From assembly GCA_964583795.1 (NCBI GenBank), contig CAZOWX010000002.1, forward strand, positions 14,966 through 78,965: a stretch of 64,000 nt of DNA, written 5' to 3'. Of this stretch, positions 49,201 to 57,045 are shown piece by piece. Each line of letters opens with the position of its first letter. Position 1 is the first letter of the stretch. The notes below the pieces were generated by a model, which made no database searches, was not told the origin of the DNA, and saw only the letters and a program-made list of their open reading frames with translations. This DNA comes from an uncultured Pseudomonadales bacterium. GTDB lineage: Bacteria > Patescibacteriota > Microgenomatia > UBA1400 > PJMF01. Both the position numbers and the translations under genes were made by a program.

Positions 49201-49615
49201 ATAACACGTCTTGATAACTCAGAATGCTTGTGTATGGCGATCGTTGTTCAAAAAAGACGTTTATATCAATTAATTTTTGTCCGTTTATCTCAAATTTAGC
49301 ATTTCCTTTATATGAATAGGGGTGATGCATCACCACATAACTCAACCCTTTAATCTGCTGAAAGATTTTTATTATTTGCTTTGACTGATCAATGGAAAGA
49401 TGGTCCACATCGTCGAGCCAAAACACTTTATACCATGTGGAGGAGAGTCCTGAATCAAGAAAAGTGGAAAGGGAGGAGATGTCGGAACTTTTCCGCGTTA
49501 CTTGTAACCCATACTGTTCAAGCAAATCGGTAAAGATGTCCGCCAACGCAGGGCTTTGGGAAAAAAGCAAAACGTTGACATCTTCAGGTAGTGTTTCAGT
49601 CACAAAGGCACTCAT
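46226..49615 (-). CDS. Large bitopic protein: cytoplasmic N-terminal domain, proline/charged linker, single TM, about 600-aa extracellular domain (hypothetical)
   Basis: TM LFWFLTAVVLTTLVLVGFFFF mid-protein; track start 49690 lies in a CAAC-type repeat, ATG MSAFVTE at 49615 preferred. Confidence 0.45.
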   Translation of the reverse strand: MSAFVTETLPEDVNVLLFSQSPALADIFTDLLEQYGLQVTRKSSDISSLSTFLDSGLSSTWYKVFWLDDVDHLSIDQSKQIIKIFQQIKGLSYVVMHHPYSYKGNAKFEINGQKLIDINVFFEQRSPYTSILSYQDVLSDEFFNLNYQQIVHFLHQSRFPLTFEQLGFIKETEMLEAVVSLSFDPRGGKRRVVVSKKPLLAKKVLKSIQSEFRRRFHGEDVLLQKEVSALWSGDFKEFAISSQVTEESLVSELIVQAKFHYQPPKVEEYQASDIPKPRIPLQKPVVEKSLQQPPEPKEAPLPEKEPQPVKEKSTVQEEKNKHTLAQTTQPEKPKDTLTTAREKVVTLSKPVSEQPSVKKEPVLPQALHLPLADLVPKSIQEKSIQVTVAAPLVTQVKRPPVLIPEQPMPDIRRSKIILHQFSTSLEHHLPSEPEIKRIVPQVSPQAAARVQHEQHQEQEKRQEQTVQEDHQKKLLEKKIANMFSGAMKPPAPKGLHKKQQLSAIQVLFGKDTRVGKWYAAKKGLFWFLTAVVLTTLVLVGFFFFSSSKMVHFAKQVALGFEQGSAKTQEDVKQLVFWQSALEKQLSLYSIVLGTGVFSESYAHLEVAQKLSTLSQALQVIQHSHIKTIRQVVGAVDGDPVGTLIPSLGQTDTVYKQLSLLEGELKGPESNIFFQTQLSAQQQQELIESISEVRRQVLVGQQLTEVIPNTLTKESKKTIAIVLQDAQELRATGGFVQGVALLTLTNGKISDAKMIAPDSLSEGIGGEVIPPEEVTQYLGEKNWFLRDGNWNPDFEVSAKQLQFFLEKGLNTKIDAVVGLNTNSLAKIVGALDGVTVAAYDDEHVTENNLSDRAFFYAKTSLVSTSQPISKPDFVSSVLESALNKLKTVDDAHTLKLMDAVSSQLKQAEMTLSFQDLATETTVGSLGWTGSVIKPPCPTQIVSDQCLVSRVFQIDSNVGVNKVNIAIKKKVDHMIQIKPDVITHQRIINYENSSDTNSWPGGSYKNYVRWYLPQGVRLKAVVVNDQQLSADQIKQYQDKNSLVVGAYIEVLPQTTAKVVLEYEEESIGKQASFAFFDQKQPGTGATPTKVSIFYDSQYVPTVIAPDAKISNDKIEFSFWGGEHSFAGVKFR

Positions 49616-49862
49616 GGGCAGGACACGGGCTAGTTTATTGGTTGGTTCGTTGCTTGGTTGATTAGTTACAATATTGTACGACAAGAGCAACTGGTATTTC
49701 TAAGAACATTCGCTCTCAGCTTTTTTTTGATATAACTGTCCAACCAATCAACAAAGCAACGATGCAACTAACACCATCTTACGGCAAAAAGGGGGGAAGA
49801 GGGGAGAGGGAGTTGTTCGTTGTTAGTTATCGAATGAGCGTTGTTGCAAGCATTCTTATCTG

Positions 49863-50450
49863 CTACTTCCAGGTAAATGCGGCAAAGAGTGTCGCGAAGA
49901 TATTTCCAAATACGACGCTCAGTGCAAAGCTATATAAACGATCCTTCCAAACAGCAATAAATTTCGGTTTGTCTAGTCGGTGTTTTTCTACGAGCAAAAA
50001 GGCTGCCGTGTTTATCGCAGCAAAAATGAAACCCACGCCTAACATCGCCGCACCAAGTTCAACCTTGAGAACACTGTCCATTATCCACAGGGTCGGTGCA
50101 TACAATATCAAAAAGGGGAAACCAAAAATTGGAGCACAAACAGCTAAAACCACCAAGGCAATCACAAAGCTGGTAATATAGCGTTTTTTCGCTGTCGCGC
50201 TCACTGGTTTTGATACATACAGCAACGCGAGTAGCGATGCGTACAGCAGAACAAGAGGGAGTTCGGTAAAAAAACGATACACTGATGCGCCTAGCGCTGT
50301 TGATTCATCGGGTTTCGGGAAAACAATTGAAAAAAGTATTTGCGCAACAAAAGCGACAATTAACGCACCCCACTGCTCTTTTTCAGACCGTTTAATCAAG
50401 ACAAAAAAAATAACCCCAATCAAAGCTGTTGCAGAAAAAAAATATATCAT
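49863..50450 (-). CDS. Integral membrane protein (hypothetical)
   Basis: 195 aa, about 6 TM helices. Confidence 0.3.
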   Translation of the reverse strand: MIYFFSATALIGVIFFVLIKRSEKEQWGALIVAFVAQILFSIVFPKPDESTALGASVYRFFTELPLVLLYASLLALLYVSKPVSATAKKRYITSFVIALVVLAVCAPIFGFPFLILYAPTLWIMDSVLKVELGAAMLGVGFIFAAINTAAFLLVEKHRLDKPKFIAVWKDRLYSFALSVVFGNIFATLFAAFTWK

Positions 50451-50510
50451 TGCTCAATTGTAGGACGCTTTATCATTTTGAAACAACTAAGAAAAAAACT
50501 CTTTCAGTTT

Positions 50511-50978
50511 CTACAGTGAGTCTTTTGCGGCATCAAGCGCTTCGTTGACCAATCGGTCTGCATCTTTATTTTCAGCACGGGGGACGTGCGCAAAAGAAGC
50601 AGAGCAGGGGAGTGTTTCTAATAACGTTTGAGCTTTTTTTACCAATGATTGCAAGTGAGCCTCTTTGACTTTCCAGTGTCCTTGTACTTGTTCAACCACC
50701 AACTTCGAGTCCAATAAAAAACGCACGCTCTTAACTGTTTGTGACTGACAAAATCGGCTTACCCACTCAATTGCGTAGAGAAGCGCCTCATACTCTGCAA
50801 CGTTATTGGTTTGTTCACCGATATACGCTTTGTGCTCGTGAACCAATGACTGGCCGGCGTGAATCACAATCCCAATTCCGGCTGGCCCAGGGTTACCACG
50901 CGCGCCGCCGTCGGTATGAATTGTGAGGGTCAGTTGTTGGGTTGCTGAGTTGTTGGGTTGCTGGGAAGGAGTGGTCAT
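50511..50978 (-). CDS. rnhA: Ribonuclease HI
   Basis: HTDGGARGNPGPAG, NNVAEYEALLYAIEW, HVPRAENKDADRL motifs; N-terminal 12 aa (PSQQPNNSATQQ) come from a CAAC repeat. Confidence 0.85.
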   Translation of the reverse strand: MTTPSQQPNNSATQQLTLTIHTDGGARGNPGPAGIGIVIHAGQSLVHEHKAYIGEQTNNVAEYEALLYAIEWVSRFCQSQTVKSVRFLLDSKLVVEQVQGHWKVKEAHLQSLVKKAQTLLETLPCSASFAHVPRAENKDADRLVNEALDAAKDSL

Positions 50979-51072
50979 AAATTTGAGGTGATTGCTAATC
51001 GGTTTTCCCCATTAACTATTCAATAAACAACAGTATGGCAAAAACCAAGCAACTAACAAACCAAGAAACTTT

Positions 51073-51522
51073 TCAACCATTCTTTGGGCTAATATACAAC
51101 CGTCGTTGCAAGCCTTCACCTTCTGAGTGCGTTTCGACTTGAGGATGGTCTTTCAGTGTCATATGGATCACTAACCGCTCGTTTGCGGGAAGGTATGGGA
51201 GGTATTGTGGGTTTCCGCTTTCAATCACCCGTTGGGCAAAACGGTTGGCCATGTTTTTAAGAACGTCATCGCGTTTTTCTTTGTAATCATTAACATTGAC
51301 CACCACGCGTTTTTCCTCAAGAGTGTCTCGGAATGAAACGGTTACCATGCGCTGCAAAGCACTTATCGTTTCTCCATGATGGCCAATCAACATGCCACTC
51401 TCTTCATCCGAGACGTTAATCTGAATGGTTATCGTTCCATCGTTTTCTTCAGCTGAAGTTTGGGCGTCAGAAACTCCCATATGAGACAAAAGGTCCTGCA
51501 CATAACTTAAAATGTCTTGCAT
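51073..51522 (-). CDS. jag: Jag/KhpB RNA-binding protein (KH + R3H)
   Basis: R3H-like C-terminus; position downstream of yidC. Confidence 0.7.
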   Translation of the reverse strand: MQDILSYVQDLLSHMGVSDAQTSAEENDGTITIQINVSDEESGMLIGHHGETISALQRMVTVSFRDTLEEKRVVVNVNDYKEKRDDVLKNMANRFAQRVIESGNPQYLPYLPANERLVIHMTLKDHPQVETHSEGEGLQRRLYISPKNG

Positions 51523-51570
51523 ATATTTTTTCGAACCACTGTTTTGTTTGTGGCTCTCCTAAAAATAAGT

Positions 51571-52380
51571 TTAACTATTGAACAACTTAAGTTTTCGCGC
51601 CCCCAGTTTTACATACGAAACTAGACCACCTGGGCCAGAAATAAAGTACTGTTGAACAGCACTAAACACGGTCGTAACTACCCAGTAAAGCGCTAGCCCC
51701 GACTGAAATCTCCAGGCAATAAATCCAGTAAAAATCGGCATCATAAACATCGTTTGTTTTTGCATGGTTGCCGCCATGTCGGCAAAATCTTCTTCCTTTT
51801 CGTTCTCTTTCTGAACCGCTTTTTGTTTGCTTTGATTTGGAACGATATCTGGAATCTCAGCCCCTGGAGCAATCATGAGGGAAAGCACTAACTGAGAAAC
51901 TCCGGCTAAAATGGGCAAAATGTGTAAAGGGTCGGGTTTGCTCAGGTTGAGCCAGTAAAAGTCTGGGTTAATCGGGACACCATTGATTTCGGTTTGACCG
52001 ATAAAGTGTTGCAAGACTTGATACAAAACAATTAATAATACAATCTGAACGAGATAGGGGAGACACCCCGACAATGGGTTAATGTTATAGCGCTTGTACA
52101 ACTCCATTTGTGCTTGTTGTAGCTTGGCTGAGTCTTTGCCATGCTTTTTCTTCAACTTGTCGAGCTCTGGTTTGAGATCCATCATTTTCTTTTGAGACTT
52201 CAGCGCACCCACAGAAAACGGTACCAACAAGAAACGGATCAACACGGTGAGAACGATAATCGCTATTCCAAGATTGCCAGTAAGTTGATAAAGCTGAAAC
52301 AAGATTTGAATCGTGAAATCCTTCATAGGATTAAAGAGCGATCCGGCAAACTGAGCAATGGGACTTAAAAAATTAAACAT
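51571..52380 (-). CDS. yidC: Membrane protein insertase YidC (short form)
   Basis: 5-TM YidC/Oxa1 core; synteny rnpA-yidD-yidC-jag. Confidence 0.8.
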   Translation of the reverse strand: MFNFLSPIAQFAGSLFNPMKDFTIQILFQLYQLTGNLGIAIIVLTVLIRFLLVPFSVGALKSQKKMMDLKPELDKLKKKHGKDSAKLQQAQMELYKRYNINPLSGCLPYLVQIVLLIVLYQVLQHFIGQTEINGVPINPDFYWLNLSKPDPLHILPILAGVSQLVLSLMIAPGAEIPDIVPNQSKQKAVQKENEKEEDFADMAATMQKQTMFMMPIFTGFIAWRFQSGLALYWVVTTVFSAVQQYFISGPGGLVSYVKLGARKLKLFNS

Positions 52381-52454
52381 ATCAATGTGCTTTTCTGGTG
52401 TTTGTTTTATAGGTGCTTTGATTCAACGACTTTTTCGGCTGTCCACTCTTCGTT

Positions 52455-52751
52455 TTATACTCTTTGCTTTGACTTCAATACATTCCAAACTCCCCAACAA
52501 CCTAAGATCCTTTTTACTCCGAAAAATAACCCTGAGATTGTACCATGGTTTTTGACCATACGAAGGGTGTAATGGCTACAGCTCTCGTCATAACGACACT
52601 GAAAATGAAACCCAAAAGCCCCCACTAACACACTATTGAGAACTTGCGAAATCACTTTTTGATACAACACTATCAAGGCCGTCACGACAATCATCGGGAT
52701 ACTTTTAGAGGCGGTGTGTAATGTTTTGAACTTCTTTAGCAAGTTGATCAT
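52455..52751 (-). CDS. yidD: Membrane protein insertion efficiency factor YidD
   Basis: YQKVIS...CRYDESCSHY...RILGC matches the YidD pattern. Confidence 0.7.
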   Translation of the reverse strand: MINLLKKFKTLHTASKSIPMIVVTALIVLYQKVISQVLNSVLVGAFGFHFQCRYDESCSHYTLRMVKNHGTISGLFFGVKRILGCWGVWNVLKSKQRV

Positions 52752-53022
52752 ATGACGAGTTTTTTCCTTTGGGGAAAAATATCACAACAAGTTGTTTTTG
52801 TGATAACTGAGCCTTTGCTTTCAGCAAGACGCTTTTCATTCGTCGCGAAAGAATGTGTCGTTGAACGGCCAACTTACTCACTTTCTTTGGGACAATGATG
52901 GCAAACTGTGTGTCTTGTGATGGGCGCCACCAAACTTGAAAACTCTGGGCGTTTTGACGTTTTGCGGTTTTGAAAAACTGCGTTTCATGACGAAGGTCAA
53001 GCCTATTCTCTTGAGGAAGCAT
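52705..53022 (-). CDS. rnpA: Ribonuclease P protein component
   Basis: Small basic protein between rpmH and yidD; overlaps yidD start. Confidence 0.7.
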   Translation of the reverse strand: MLPQENRLDLRHETQFFKTAKRQNAQSFQVWWRPSQDTQFAIIVPKKVSKLAVQRHILSRRMKSVLLKAKAQLSQKQLVVIFFPKGKNSSYDQLAKEVQNITHRL

Positions 53023-53059
53023 ACCATTCCTTCAGCTTTCCAAGCTCACCATGATCCCT

Positions 53060-53203
53060 TTAGACAGTCAAGCGCTTGCGCCCTCTAGCTCTTCGTCTTT
53101 TGAGCACTGTACGACCATCTTTGGTCGTCATTCTTTTCAGAAATCCGTGTACTCGAACGCGTTTCATTTTTTTTGGTTGCCAGGTGCGCTTGGTCTTGGG
53201 CAT
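53060..53203 (-). CDS. rpmH: 50S ribosomal protein L34
   Basis: Not in ORF track (47 aa). Hand translation of minus strand: [47 protein letters not shown]. Confidence 0.85.
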   Translation of the reverse strand: MPKTKRTWQPKKMKRVRVHGFLKRMTTKDGRTVLKRRRARGRKRLTV

Positions 53204-53459
53204 ACTCTACTCCTTAGATTTTGGGCACAATAAGAACAAACATTATACTTGAGAAAAATGAGAAAGGAAAGAGGAGGAGGGACAGATTCAGAGGTTGGGG
53301 GTTAGGGTTTTGGCCTTAGTCAATAAACCTCACTCATCAATTCATCCTGCCGGAGCGGTTAACCACGATAGCGGTCTGAGCATCTATGGTCAGAGCGCTT
53401 GATAAAGTAAAAGCATGTCTACTTGTTACGAAAACTCTACTCGAAAGTTCTTCTGGTTT

Positions 53460-54560
53460 CTAACTGCTCAACTTAAAGGGAACGGCAATATATGTTACTT
53501 GAGGAATCTTTTTACAGCTGAGACGAACGGGCTTGAGCGGATCGTTGCAATAAATTTGGCACTCTTCACCAGCAATTCGTTGTAAAAATTCCAAAAGGTA
53601 TCTCCCATTAAACGCGATCTTCAAACTTTCTTGGGTGTTTGATTTCGCGCTCAGGGAACTCGTGTATTCCCCTAAAAGAGAGGAGTGTGCACTCACACTC
53701 ATTTGGTCGGGAAAAACTTCAATTTGCACAATACTAGAGCCTTCGGCGCTAAAGATCATGGCTGATCGGATGTGGTGTTGCAGTTCATCGGCATCGACTG
53801 AAACTTCAATTGCGAACTCTTTGGGGATCACCGCTTTATAATTGGGAAACTCTCCTTCAAGAGTCCTCAACACAATCTGGGCACTCGGGAGAGAAAAAAA
53901 GACTTGTTTAGCACCTTGAGAAAAAGAAAGCATCACCGTATCCACTTTTTGAGACACAACAACTTTCTCAATTTCATTGATTGCTTTGGCTGGAAATAAG
54001 ATCTGCTTTGGCTCTTTGACTGAAAGCGCAGGTTCCAGGAGAGACATGCAGTACCCATCGGTAGCAACAATGTGTGACTGCTCAGACAAAGCAAACAAAA
54101 CTGCTGTCAAAATGGGTCGGTTTTCGTCTTTGCTTGATGTAAAGGTAACATAGTTCACCGCATCACTCAAAATAGACGCGGGCAAAGTCAGCGTCTCTCC
54201 CTCAACTTGTGGAAATGGAGGGAAGTCTTGTTCTGGGAACGTGTTTACCACGCTTTTGGTTTGATTCGAAGTAACTGACAGTGAAAGCCCACTCAAAACA
54301 AGACTCACTGATCCTGTCAGACTGGAAACAAGCTCACTAAAAACTTTAGCAGGAATAACACAAGAGCCTTCTTCGGCAACGGATCCGGCAATTTTTTGTC
54401 TCATACCAATGTTCAGATCAGTGGCAGTGAGCCAAATTTCTGAGTTTCTGGCTTCTAACAAGATACATGACAGAATTGGTAGCTGCGGCTTGGTGGAAAG
54501 AAAACGAGAAACAGTTTTAATTCCAGTGAGGAGGTTGGTTTGTAAAACATCGATTTTCAT
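53460..54560 (-). CDS. dnaN: DNA polymerase III beta subunit (sliding clamp)
   Basis: MKIDVLQTNLLTGIKTVSRFLS... three-domain clamp; track ORF extends upstream into oriC (54743), ATG at 54560 preferred. Confidence 0.8.
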   Translation of the reverse strand: MKIDVLQTNLLTGIKTVSRFLSTKPQLPILSCILLEARNSEIWLTATDLNIGMRQKIAGSVAEEGSCVIPAKVFSELVSSLTGSVSLVLSGLSLSVTSNQTKSVVNTFPEQDFPPFPQVEGETLTLPASILSDAVNYVTFTSSKDENRPILTAVLFALSEQSHIVATDGYCMSLLEPALSVKEPKQILFPAKAINEIEKVVVSQKVDTVMLSFSQGAKQVFFSLPSAQIVLRTLEGEFPNYKAVIPKEFAIEVSVDADELQHHIRSAMIFSAEGSSIVQIEVFPDQMSVSAHSSLLGEYTSSLSAKSNTQESLKIAFNGRYLLEFLQRIAGEECQIYCNDPLKPVRLSCKKIPQVTYIAVPFKLSS

Positions 54561-55146
54561 AGTTGCAGCACTTTTGAAAAAACTTTGTGTAAACGGTCTG
54601 TTCGTAGTATAGAGAACAAAAGATTTTTTACAAAAGTATTTTTTAGTGAATCTTACACAAACAGTACTAAATAAATATAAACTAGTAGTAGGTAATAGTA
54701 GAACTGTGGAGAAAACGAACAACTGCGTGAAGCTGCTCAACAAGTTCGGGAAAAGTTTTTGTGTAAAACCTGAGGAAATGTGTGGAAAACCTCAGTGCAT
54801 AAAAGGTGTGAAACCCGTCCTTTGTGTGAAACCAGAATGAAGTAAACCACATTCCCCCAATGCCAATGCACCAATTCACACCGCTTATCAACAGGGTTTT
54901 CCCCAAAGTTTTGCACAATAGTGGAAAACTAGCTTATAAAACTCAATAAACATTGGTTTATCAATGTAAAGTTAACTCTATGTCGTAAGTTTGCGAATAG
55001 TTGCAGACGATGAAAATTGTTTTGGTCGGTGTTTGGTGCACTGACAAGAATTTGTGAAGACTCTTTTTGTTGAAAATCAACTGAGGGGAGAGATTGTGAT
55101 GCAGGGAAACAAAGTCCTCTGAGGGATTTGAAAATTGTTTTTTCAC
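54561..55146. other. Putative oriC (dnaA-dnaN intergenic region)
   Basis: At least 6 DnaA-box-like 9-mers (tgtggaaaa, tgtgtaaaa, gtgtgaaac, tgtgtgaaa, ttatcaaca, agtggaaaa) plus AT-rich tract 54600-54690. Confidence 0.6.
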
Positions 55147-56664
55147 TTATTCCTCGGACTGGAGCGTGGAAAGAGAAGTGGGCGTACCACCAGACAAAGA
55201 AGTTCGTATGGCCTGGACTTGCGTTCTCAGCTCTTCGTCTTGTGGCAACGCCTCTTCGATTTTTTTCACAGCATGCATCACGCTGGTGTGGTCTCGATCC
55301 CCAAAATAGCGACCAATCTCTGCAAAGGGAATCTCGAGGTGGTGCTTGATGAGATACATGGCGATGTGTCGAGCGTTGGCGATGGGTTTGGCCCGTTTTG
55401 GACCACGAAGATCCATTAGTTTTATATGGTACTGGTTGGAGATGGTTTTGATGATTTCTAGCGGTTTTGCATAAATTTTTTCTTTTTTCTGATCGCTCAC
55501 TTGATGCTGACTAAGAATTTCTTGGACAAGATCGTGGGTAATCATTTTGTGACGAAGAATGTGTTCTGAGTGGAGTGCTTTGACGATACCCTCGAGCTTT
55601 CTGGTGCTGGTGATTGCTGCTGCAATTCTTTGAGCGATGTCCATGGGAATGGTGAACTGAATTTGTTTGGCTTTAATCAAAACAATGGCGGTTCGCAGCT
55701 CAAAAGACGGCTGTTGAATATCAATGATAAGGCCGCCTTCGAGTCTCGACTGAATTCTGTCATCCAGCGGGCTAATTTCATGTGGCGGCCGATCAGAAGT
55801 CAAGATAACTTGACCCCGCGATTTTAGCACTGAGTTAAAGGTGTGAAAAAATTCTTCTTGCATGGCTCGTTTTCCAGCCATGAACTGAATGTCATCAATC
55901 AACAAAATTTGGACGCTGCGATAGCGCTGTTTGAGCTGAATGGTTTTTTTTGTCTGAATCGCCTCGACGATCTCATTCATAAACTCTTCGCCAGTGCGGT
56001 AAATGAGATTGAAGTTTTGGTTGTTCCGAAGGATGTTTTGACCGACGGCTTGCATAAGATGCGTTTTTCCAACACCCACTCCGCCGTAGAGAAACAAGAC
56101 GTTGTAGGCTTTTCCTGGATTTTGGGAGACTGCAACCGCCGCTGCATGGGCCATCTCGTTGGTTGATGAGACGGCAAACGTGTCAAATATGTAGTTTTTG
56201 TTGAGGCCAGCTTGTTGAATTTTGTAATCAACGAGGTCGTCTGCTGATTGTTGAATGCTGGCTTGAGAAAACAGCGATGCAGCAGAAGGCGAAATTGGTG
56301 TTTGAGATGGCTCATTGGTTTGCTTTGGAATATCAAAACCGATGGATTGTTGTTCTTCGTTGTGAGGCGTCCTTTTGCGCTGTTTTCCTGTGGGAAGTGT
56401 GAAATCCCCCACTTGAAGCTTGAGTTCAACCGGTTTTTCTAAAATTGTTTCCAGTGTTTGTGCAATGGTTTGTTTAAAACTTTTTTCAATAATGGAGATG
56501 TGAAAAGAGGTTGGGGATTCAAGCGTGCACACAATTTTATCTGGTTGCTCTTGGACGTCTGAAAGAACGTTGGGGAAAATCCAAGTTTTAAAAACCCCTT
56601 GTGACAGAGCTACTGAAAGTTCTGCACAGACTTTTCCCCATAATTCTTCTGGTGAGTAGGTCAT
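55147..56664 (-). CDS. dnaA: Chromosomal replication initiator protein DnaA
   Basis: Walker A GGVGVGKTHL, IDDIQF, sensor motifs, C-terminal DNA-binding domain. Confidence 0.95.
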   Translation of the reverse strand: MTYSPEELWGKVCAELSVALSQGVFKTWIFPNVLSDVQEQPDKIVCTLESPTSFHISIIEKSFKQTIAQTLETILEKPVELKLQVGDFTLPTGKQRKRTPHNEEQQSIGFDIPKQTNEPSQTPISPSAASLFSQASIQQSADDLVDYKIQQAGLNKNYIFDTFAVSSTNEMAHAAAVAVSQNPGKAYNVLFLYGGVGVGKTHLMQAVGQNILRNNQNFNLIYRTGEEFMNEIVEAIQTKKTIQLKQRYRSVQILLIDDIQFMAGKRAMQEEFFHTFNSVLKSRGQVILTSDRPPHEISPLDDRIQSRLEGGLIIDIQQPSFELRTAIVLIKAKQIQFTIPMDIAQRIAAAITSTRKLEGIVKALHSEHILRHKMITHDLVQEILSQHQVSDQKKEKIYAKPLEIIKTISNQYHIKLMDLRGPKRAKPIANARHIAMYLIKHHLEIPFAEIGRYFGDRDHTSVMHAVKKIEEALPQDEELRTQVQAIRTSLSGGTPTSLSTLQSEE

Positions 56665-56774
56665 AACTTTTTTGATGTTTTTCTTGAGGAAACTCGAAGA
56701 AAAAGCAGATGAGGGCAGTCAGTTTTCCACAATATACACATAGTTTTACACAATTGGCAAGAGGGGGTTTAGTA

Positions 56775-56830
56775 GTTAACAGTGAAACAGTGAAACAGTG
56801 AAATAGTGAAACAGTTAATAGTGAATAGTT
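56775..56830 (-). promoter_or_regulatory. Conserved upstream motif (copy 5, expanded by a CAGTGAAA x4 tandem) about 110 bp upstream of dnaA
   Basis: Reverse complement ctattcactattaactgtttcactatttcactgtttcactgtttcactg. Confidence 0.45.
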
Positions 56831-56860
56831 TTGGTGACTTGTTCCGATGGAGTGTCTGAG

Positions 56861-56917
56861 TTGGTTGGTTGGTTGGTTGGTTGGTTGGTTGGTTGGTTGG
56901 TTGGTTGGTTGGTTGGT
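56861..56917. repeat. (TTGG)14 microsatellite
   Basis: Seen directly; ORF 56588..56935 (TNQPTNQP...) is its translation and is not credited. Confidence 0.9.
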
Positions 56918-57045
56918 CCGAAAGGAAAAGTACAACTCAAAGCTTTTTAGCTAGCTCATGATTATTGAAAAAAATGAAAATGTAGAAATGACAGCATACT
57001 TGCTGTTGTTTGAAACGAGAATCTTGTGCCTAATAGTTCTGATGA

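Noticed and set aside
49616-49690. N-terminal 25 aa of ORF 46226..49690 (MLLSYNIVTNQPSNEPTNKL...)
   Set aside because: Derived from a CAAC-type repeat in the leader; internal ATG MSAFVTE more plausible.
53204-53459. Possible tRNA or RNase P RNA between rpmH and dnaN
   Set aside because: No cloverleaf with a GTTCGAATC-type T-loop, and no RNase P P4 consensus (AGGAAAGTCCGGGCTCC-like) found by eye; cannot support an RNA gene without a covariance-model search.
54561-54743. 62-aa N-terminal extension of dnaN in the ORF track
   Set aside because: Extension runs into the AT-rich oriC region and has no similarity to clamp N-termini; canonical MKIDVLQTNLL start at 54560.
55128-56442. Plus-strand ORFs overlapping dnaA
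   Set aside because: dnaA on minus strand is unambiguous (Walker A, DnaA signature).
56588-56935. ORF encoding TNQPTNQPTNQP...
   Set aside because: Pure translation of the (TTGG)14 microsatellite on the opposite strand.
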